In this document: positions 55,682 through 64,000 of the stretch, in pieces | Position numbering within the stretch: the stretch's first letter is position 1 | How the letters are laid out: every line of letters begins with the position of its first letter | Assembly (NCBI GenBank): GCA_951406725.2 | Contig: OX597826.1 | Coordinates: forward strand, 2,976,001-3,040,000 | DNA from: Octopus vulgaris | Lineage: Eukaryota | DNA: 64,000 nucleotides | Reading direction: 5' to 3' | Translations under genes and position numbers: made by a program | The notes under the pieces: generated by a model | What the model was told of the DNA's origin: nothing | Seen by the model: the letters and a program-made list of their open reading frames with translations, nothing else | The model's database searches: none

Positions 55682-56265
55682 TAGTTGCATAATAGTTCCC
55701 CAACTGGTTTCAGACCTTACAGGATCTACTTATTAATATTCTTAAATATGAAATTGTATTTTTTTAAATACAATTCTACTAGAATCTTCTATAACAATCC
55801 TTCCTTTTTTTCAGACATTAATAGCTTTCTTTCAACTTACATGTTATTTCACAATGATTGTATTTAGACTTATATGGAAAAACAATGGCGAATTTTTGGA
55901 AAATATATTGCCGGTTATAGTCCAATCGCTACATCATTATATATAATTTAATTTTACAAACAATGCTATGCTTAGTTGATACATTTTATTTCACTCGACA
56001 AATCCTATACCAACCTATTATATTCACCATTTATACGTATGTTCTTCTCTTTGTTGTATATGTCACCTTATATTAAGAGGAATATTACAACAACAGTTTA
56101 ACTTTCAGTTCTAATACAATGATTATAATACTGTCTTGCGGATGATTATTCTAAATATAACGACGTAATGTATGAGATGAATTTGCCTGTGTGTGTCACT
56201 CAGCTATGAATCATATGGAAGATACAAACGAATGGAAACTAAAATCTATATTATTTCTTTTGTTA

Positions 56266-56710
56266 AGGTGGCGAGCGGGTAGAATCGTTAGCATATCGGG
56301 CAGTATACTTAGCGGCATTTTGTCCACAGTTTGGTCCATCATAATTTCAAGCACCGCCGCGCTCGACTTGCCTTGTATTTTTATGATCGATGAAATAAAA
56401 TATCGGTTGATCAGTGGGTCAATGTAATCGACTTACTCATACGCTTACTTTGCTGGCCTTGTGTCAAATTTTGAAACCAATATTAACACTCATCGTGAGG
56501 CGACAGCCGGGCAGAATGATTTGCACGCCGGGAAAAAGGCTTAGCAGTATTTCTTTCAGGTTTACATTCTGTGTTCAAATTCCGCAGAGGGTGCATCTGC
56601 TTTCATGCTATCTCGGTCGATAAAATTACTACCAGTTGAAAAGTGAGATGGATCTAATCGTCTTCCCTTCTCCTTCAATTACAGCCCATGTCACAAAATT
56701 TGAAACGAAT
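56266..56710 (+). mobile_element. Two tandem old SINE family A monomers
   Basis: Heads at 56266 and 56498, each ending in an aaatttgaaac tail. Confidence 0.75.
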
Positions 56711-56987
56711 ATTATTTCTTATAGTCATTATTTTACATTTAAATCTCACTTTTAGTTTCAGGGAATGTGAGAAAAGTATTCACTATTTCTTTGCATTTAG
56801 CACATTTTAAATTAGGGGGGAAAAAAACAATAAACCGTTTACTTCTTTACGACCAAAATCACCACATGCGGATTAACGTCCTAAATATCTTGTTTTATAC
56901 CGTATTAATGTTCATTTCCATAACATGGATAGTAAGTATTTATCCAGTATAAATATGTATTTCATCTATTCATAAATACGTGTCCAA

Positions 56988-57385
56988 ATATTCTTTTTTA
57001 CTCTAGGCACAAGGCCCGAAATTTTGGGAGGAGGGTCCAGTCGATTAGATCCACCCCAGTACGGAACTGGTATTTAATCTATCGACCCCTACAGGATGAA
57101 ATGCAAACTCGACCTCGACAGAATTTGAACTCAGAACATAAGACAGATAAATACCTATATCTTTACTGCCCACAAGGGCTAAACAGAGAGAGGACAAACA
57201 AGAACAGACAAACGGATAAAGTCGATTATATCGACCCCAGTCCGTAACTGGTAATTATTTAATCGACCCCGAAAGGATGAAAGGCAAAGTCGACCTCGGC
57301 GGAATTTGAACTCAGAACTAACGGCAGACGAAATACCGCTAAACATTTCGTCCGGCGTGCTAACGTTTCTGCCAGCTAGCCGCCT
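56988..57385 (-). mobile_element. Dimeric SINE family A
   Basis: Reverse complement has the same head, unit 1/tail X and unit 2/tail Y layout as 8426-8825. Confidence 0.9.
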
Positions 57386-58006
57386 TTCATAGCCTCATAA
57401 TCACCAGTCACACATCCTGGTTCCTATGTACATGAGTGGCGCAATCTATGCTAATCATTCCATAGCTGACAACACTGTTTTATTTATTCAGCAAGTGAAA
57501 CTGCACTCTGAAAGCATCATCGTAGAATCGACATACAAAACCTTTGGCTTCTACTTGTTAATAATACACGATGAAAATATAAATATTAATTCATTTGTCA
57601 CATAATTGAACAGCATCTAAGATAATGTAATTAATTTATGAATGGACTATATTAGAAGTAATTAAACCTAACGCAAGTAATAGACAACTTCAGCGGAAAT
57701 GTTGTAAGGTGAGATGTGCAAGGCACATAAAGCTCTACTTTTATTGGTAATAGTTTTATCGTAGACGAGTTCAAATTATACGTAGAAGAACAAATAGTTT
57801 CACGCATAAATGTTACGTCTCTGTTTTGCAGTCGCCAATAAATGCGCAACTTATGTACGGCTTAGTTTTCTTTGAACATAATTAGGTTATGAAGAAACAG
57901 TAATGTATGCATAATTGAATATAAACAGAATGAAGCAACACTAAAAGTGTATGTGTGTGTGTATAGATGGATAGATAGGTAGATATAAATATAGATATGT
58001 TAATGT

Positions 58007-58485
<479 letters not shown>

Positions 58486-58510
58486 ATATATATATATATA
58501 TATACACACA

Positions 58511-59300
58511 CACTGTGTGCCAAATTATTAGGCATTTTTTCGAAATAACAGAGTATTTATCCGTTCTAATCCAGATATTTTTTCACTGAATGATGGCAAC
58601 ATCTGCCTGCGCATAATGTACTAAAATATCGTGGATCCGCGCAGATGTAAACAAACGGCGGCCATTTTCATGAAACGGTAACTATTTTACCCTCCTAAAT
58701 TATTAGGCAAGTTCCACATAAAAATGTTATTATGGGTCAAAAACGTGATTTAACATAAAGGGAGAAGTCCACCTTCGTCTCAGAGCTTGGATACACAAAA
58801 AACGACATTGAAAATATCAAAGATCCTGAGAGGAGATCATTGAACCGTGAATAAATTTGTGGAGTCTTCTGCTGTCTGTTCGAGGACTGACAAGGGGAAA
58901 TCGAGGGTTGTTTCCAGGCGTAACCTCTCACGTATAACGAGGGCAGTTGCAAAGAACACGTGTCTGGCTAGTCGAGAAATGTTCAAGCGTTGTGGCATTT
59001 CGAAATCCATCAGGTGTCGCCTCCTGAAGCAGCTAGCCAATAACATAAAACCTGTTACAAGATCCCCTCTGGAATCCAACATGAAGATATATTTTTTTTC
59101 GAAAGTCGGCTTTACTGACGAATGCCGTGCTACCCGGGACAGACCAGATGGGTGGAGTAAAAGATGGATTGAAATTGGCGGAAATTCTCCTCATCGTTTG
59201 AGACGCCAACAAAAGGAAGACGGATTCATGATTTGGGCTGGAATTATTGGAGATAAGTTGGTTGGTCCTTGGAAAATTCCTGAGGGGACAAATTTGTATT
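58511..59300 (+). mobile_element. 5' part of a Tc1-family transposon
   Basis: Left end cactgtgtgccaaattattaggca with internal direct repeat aaattattaggca at ~58697; ATG at 58732; KVGFTDECRATRDRPDGWSK.W...RRQQ..GFMIWAGIIGDKLVGPWKIPEG; truncated. Confidence 0.88.
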
Positions 59301-60444
59301 CATTGCTCAAGCATAATCAGCGGCCTTAGCAACAAAAACCTATGTGAATAAGTCAATTTGTGTACAAATGTGTATCTATGTATATATATGTACACACGTA
59401 TCCCATATGTTGCTACTTGTACGCACGCATTCATAAGAGACTTATTTTTGTGAACGCGTATGCAGTCACGAATGTTACTGAAAATGTAGATATTCATGAT
59501 TTGACTTATGCATATGTATGGATGCATTTGTTTCCATATCGGAAATTGTGTATGAACACTTATCACGTGTAAGCCTTTTCGCGATTGGTGCTGCGTTACT
59601 TCGGAACGTATCCAAGTTCCCTTATAATTATAACCATAAATCTAAAGGTAGAGTCCATGTGGACTGACTGCAATTTTCTCATTATTTCCGATTAGTGGAT
59701 TTCATGTTCAGTATATGTTAACATTACGTTAATATTTACTGGTGACCTGATTTCTTCCACTCTGCAAAATTACCTACCTCCATTTGTCTCAAATCAATAT
59801 GCCTTCTCTCAAATGCTTGCATATTACTTCGGTCATGAGAGAAACATTCCACCAATAATCTTTCATATTATGCGCGATAATGTTCTCTATATTATTGTGG
59901 CTTCCTATAATTGCATTATGATGTTTTGAAGCTCTCTACATACTGCAATATACAGTATACTATCATCCACATCATGTCATACATATATATAGACAAAAGA
60001 TAGATCAAGTTTTCTGATATATACTGATGATGTAGCGGTTTCCTCAGCTTAAATTCTTTAGAAAAATATTTCAGCTGTCGAATCTAGTTTGTAACACGCC
60101 CTGGTCTAATAGGTATTTTCATTACGACTAAACACCCTTCTAAGTGGTTATAGAAGAATACTAGTGTTATCTATTTTTGTTGTGTTTATACGATGCATAT
60201 ATGTATGTATGCTCATCAATGAATATATGTACATGACGCCTACATACATACATACATACATACATGCGTAAGTAGCTAAATACATATACACATATATGTA
60301 TATACCTATGGCGTTCAAATAAGGCCGCAAGCAAATGACTGAAACAGGTAAAAGTATAAAATGATATATATATATATATATATATATGCAGATATATGCA
60401 GATATATGCAAAACATATTTGTGTCTCTCTCACTCGATGTGTAC

Positions 60445-60502
<58 letters not shown>

Positions 60503-60552
60503 CTATGTATATGTATAATATATATATTTATAATAAATATATATAAATATAC

Positions 60553-60597
<45 letters not shown>

Positions 60598-60631
60598 TAG
60601 ATAGATAGATAGATATGTATATATATATATG

Positions 60632-60685
<54 letters not shown>

Positions 60686-61426
60686 AGTGGAAATATTCGA
60701 AGGACAAACGTGAGCCAAAGTGTTTAAGTATTTTAATAAAACGTTGTTGTTTAAAAAAATAAACAGTCAGTAAAAAATTACTCCCACAAATTCTGAAACC
60801 AAACATAATACGCGAAATAGCGTGAGTGATTGCTTCAATATTATTTGCATTTTCTATTAATATTCGCATCTCCAAACTCAGCTGTAAAGCGGGATGTTTA
60901 ATTTAGCTGGTGTTCCCTCATTAGGTAAAAACACTTAGAAACTATTCACGCAAAAAATGAACGACAGAGATTTTATACATACAAAGCCGTTTTTCAGAAA
61001 TGCCGATATTGATATAAGTATATGTAGCTTATATAGAGGGAATCAATATCTGTAGGAATGGTTCAGTGGCGAAAACAACAATTATCAGAGATCGCAGTGA
61101 ACTGAGACCTAATGCCAATCAGAGACCTATAGATTGTTGATTATGAGTTTTCGTGCTATTCAAGCAAGAAATTATTGTATGTACAGCCAAAGATGTTGCT
61201 AGTTGGCCTGAGTTCAAAACTGAATGAGTCTACAATTATGACATCTTTGCTTTTGTTTCGTGCATTATATGTTATTTTTTTCCCTTTCATTTAATATCGA
61301 TGTCATGTCGAATTATTTGCTAAAGTATCTCCACCTCTCGTTCTCTCTCTCCCTCTCCCTCACTCTCCCCCTATGTTTGTGTATATATATATATACATAT
61401 ATGTATATATACATACATATATATAC

Positions 61427-61457
<31 letters not shown>

Positions 61458-61533
61458 CATACAAATATATACATATATATACGTATATATACATAGATAT
61501 GTATATATACATATATATAAATATATATGTATA

Positions 61534-61577
<44 letters not shown>

Positions 61578-61647
61578 CGTATATATATATATGTGTGTAT
61601 ATGTATATAATATTTATATGTATATATATATATAAATATATATATAC

Positions 61648-61678
<31 letters not shown>

Positions 61679-62526
61679 CTATATATATATATATATATAT
61701 ATATATAGGTGTGAGTGTGTATGTATATGTATTTCAGCTACAGCCTCTCGCAAGTTTTATGTTCGTAGTCACGAATTCAGGAGCGCATATACACTTACAC
61801 ATGCAAGCATACACAGTCGGAACACAAGCGTACACGTATATACATTTACGCGTAAACATACACATATACACAAACTAACAAAAGCGTTATGATGCATTTC
61901 TTTCTTTCGTCTCCCAAACCAGCGAAACAATATTTATGAGCCAGCCATCCATACATCCATTACATCCAGCCAGCCATACATCCATTCTGTCTAAACTTTC
62001 TTTGCTCGGTGATCTTTACATTTCACTTAATGAATATATTTTTTCCAGTTATTTTACGTGTGATATTTGTTGCAAATCTGTTTTCTTCCCTCTTTTTAAA
62101 CATGGATAGCGGTTCTTAAAAAGAAATATATAAGAAAAAATGTGAATGTTTAAATACGTAATTTGTTTTTAAATGGAAATCGCTAAAAACAACCAACTCA
62201 CTTAGTCAAATCAGTTTTATAGTTTGCCGTTTAATTATCACGAAAAGCTCATTTTAACAACTAAAGCATGTAAGCAACTCGAACAAAAATTGATCTAATT
62301 CGGAACGTATGGCAAGTGATAATGATATTGCTTGTACATTTATATTGAGTTCTAAGATGCATGGAACGAGAGAAAAGTTTACAGAAATGCAGAGAGCGAA
62401 ACGGTTTCGGTTCCAGATTGAACACAATTCTATTTATGCAACAAACAGAAGAGGATCGCAACAAACAGAAGAGGATTGAAGAGAAATAAAGCTGAGGAGC
62501 ATATAAAAAATATGGTGTGAATATGT

Positions 62527-62561
<35 letters not shown>

Positions 62562-62617
62562 GTGACTGTGCGGTAAGAAGCTTGCAATAGTTCCTGGTTC
62601 AATCCGGTTCACACACA

Positions 62618-62681
<64 letters not shown>

Positions 62682-62989
62682 CATATATGTATGTACACAT
62701 ACAACCACATATAAATATGCATATACACATATGCATACTTGTACGTGCTCCTTATTCACATTTCTAAGCGCTCCTAATTCTGAGAAAAGAACTGAAAATT
62801 CTCAGAAGAGAAATCATAGTTTATAGGAGATAAAATGTTATGGGAAACGTGATTATTTGTGTTGTCAGAGTTTTGTCGTCCTTATGAAGGAATGGTAAAC
62901 ACGGTACATTCTGTCAACACTGACACTCCGAACACGTGCTTGCACTCGCTTGTTTACCATTTTTATTTGCTATATACATAAATAGTTTC

Positions 62990-63030
62990 ATGACGTTACC
63001 ATGGAACGATACGTTCCATGGTAACGTCAT
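62990..63030. promoter_or_regulatory. Perfect 19-bp-stem hairpin made of two inverted RFX X-box-like sites with TGACG half-sites
   Basis: atgacGTTACCATGGAACg-ata-cGTTCCATGGTAACgtcat; the hairpin is certain, the regulatory role is inferred. Confidence 0.45.
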
Positions 63031-63818
63031 TATAGAAACAGGTTCGTTGGACAATTTCAGGGTATATTTTTGTTCCATTTCCCTGGTCGTGTCACCAAGC
63101 TTTGCGTTACATTCGGGATGCTCGTGTAGCTGTCAGCCAGTTTAATACACTCGGTACCCCCGAGAATTTACTTGTAACGTATCAATGCATTGGTGAAATT
63201 ATCTGATATATGATACCGTCACCTTACGGTAGTCCTTATTGCATTACGTCAATCTTGTGTATAAAACTATCGTTTAGGCTTCCTTTAAAAAAATAGCTCC
63301 ATCAAGCTTACAGAGATTAAGATAGCTATGGTAACATGACAAATTTAAGGATTAATAGATGCACACACACACACATACACACACACTCTTTTTCCGGCAC
63401 ACGTGAGAGTGTCAGTATATATAAGTAGAATAAGACATACATAATCCTTGGTAAAGTATTATATATTTCGTTAAATTATCAGAAAAGTAATTTCTTTTCG
63501 ATTTTTCGAATACACACACACAAAAGAACACACATATATAAAATATATATATATGCATGTATGTGTGCGTGTGTTTTGTGTGTATGAAACGGACAACTGA
63601 AGAAGGAGAATATTCTTCATGATGTATGTCTCGTTTCTCTGTCTGTTTTTTCGTTGTTCGAAGAAAAGTTCGTTTCTATGTTTTTGTTTTTATGTTTTCG
63701 TTTATCATTGTGTTCAACGTTTTGTTTATGTCCTGTACCCATATATGCATGTATGTATACATATATATGTAGGTATGTACATATATACATGTATATATGC
63801 ATATATTTATATATTATT

Positions 63819-63855
<37 letters not shown>

Positions 63856-63956
63856 AGTATATATATATATCTATCTATCTATATACAAGCACACACACAC
63901 ATACACACACACATACACACACACACATACACACACACACATATATATATATTACA

Positions 63957-63996
63957 TTAGGCTCGAAACGTAAAATAATTTTCTATTCTTGAGCGC
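63957..63996 (+). mobile_element. Truncated family H1 fragment
   Basis: ttaggctcgaaacgtaaa...ttcttgagcg matches the 3' half of the H1 motif. Confidence 0.55.
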
Positions 63997-64000
63997 TATA

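Noticed and set aside
55695-55735. Minus-strand hairpin plus GAAACCAGTT resembling a hammerhead 3' half
   Set aside because: The CUGANGA box is absent; too degenerate to call
62439-62478. 20-bp tandem duplication, also at 24163-24200
   Set aside because: Ordinary slippage duplications; two units without spacers, not CRISPR-like

Overview
This is a eukaryotic, AT-rich, extremely microsatellite-dense window with no intact protein-coding gene that I can support. The repeat content strongly suggests an octopus (coleoid cephalopod) intronic or intergenic region; that assignment is an inference from recalled repeat families. Almost all ORFs in the supplied track are translations of simple repeats. 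The recognisable content is mobile DNA: a 5'-truncated, degenerate RTE-type LINE (10.0-12.7 kb), two Penelope-like (PLE) relics, several Tc1/mariner fossils and TA-flanked MITEs, a CR1-like 3' end, and many copies of three tRNA-headed SINE families. The most interesting signal is a set of minimal type-I hammerhead-ribozyme-like motifs with palindromic stem III (ACGU, ACUAGU, ACAGCUGU-like). They sit in short (TA)n-embedded repeats and next to the PLE relics, and one family repeatedly shows an A6->U core change. Other oddities are a perfect 226-bp palindrome centred on (AT)25, a ~99% identical 224-bp inverted duplication inside a complex rearrangement, three C2H2-like fingers at the LINE C-terminus, modular SINE dimers with swapped tails, a CpG-rich island with a splice donor, and a hairpin built from two RFX X-box-like sites.
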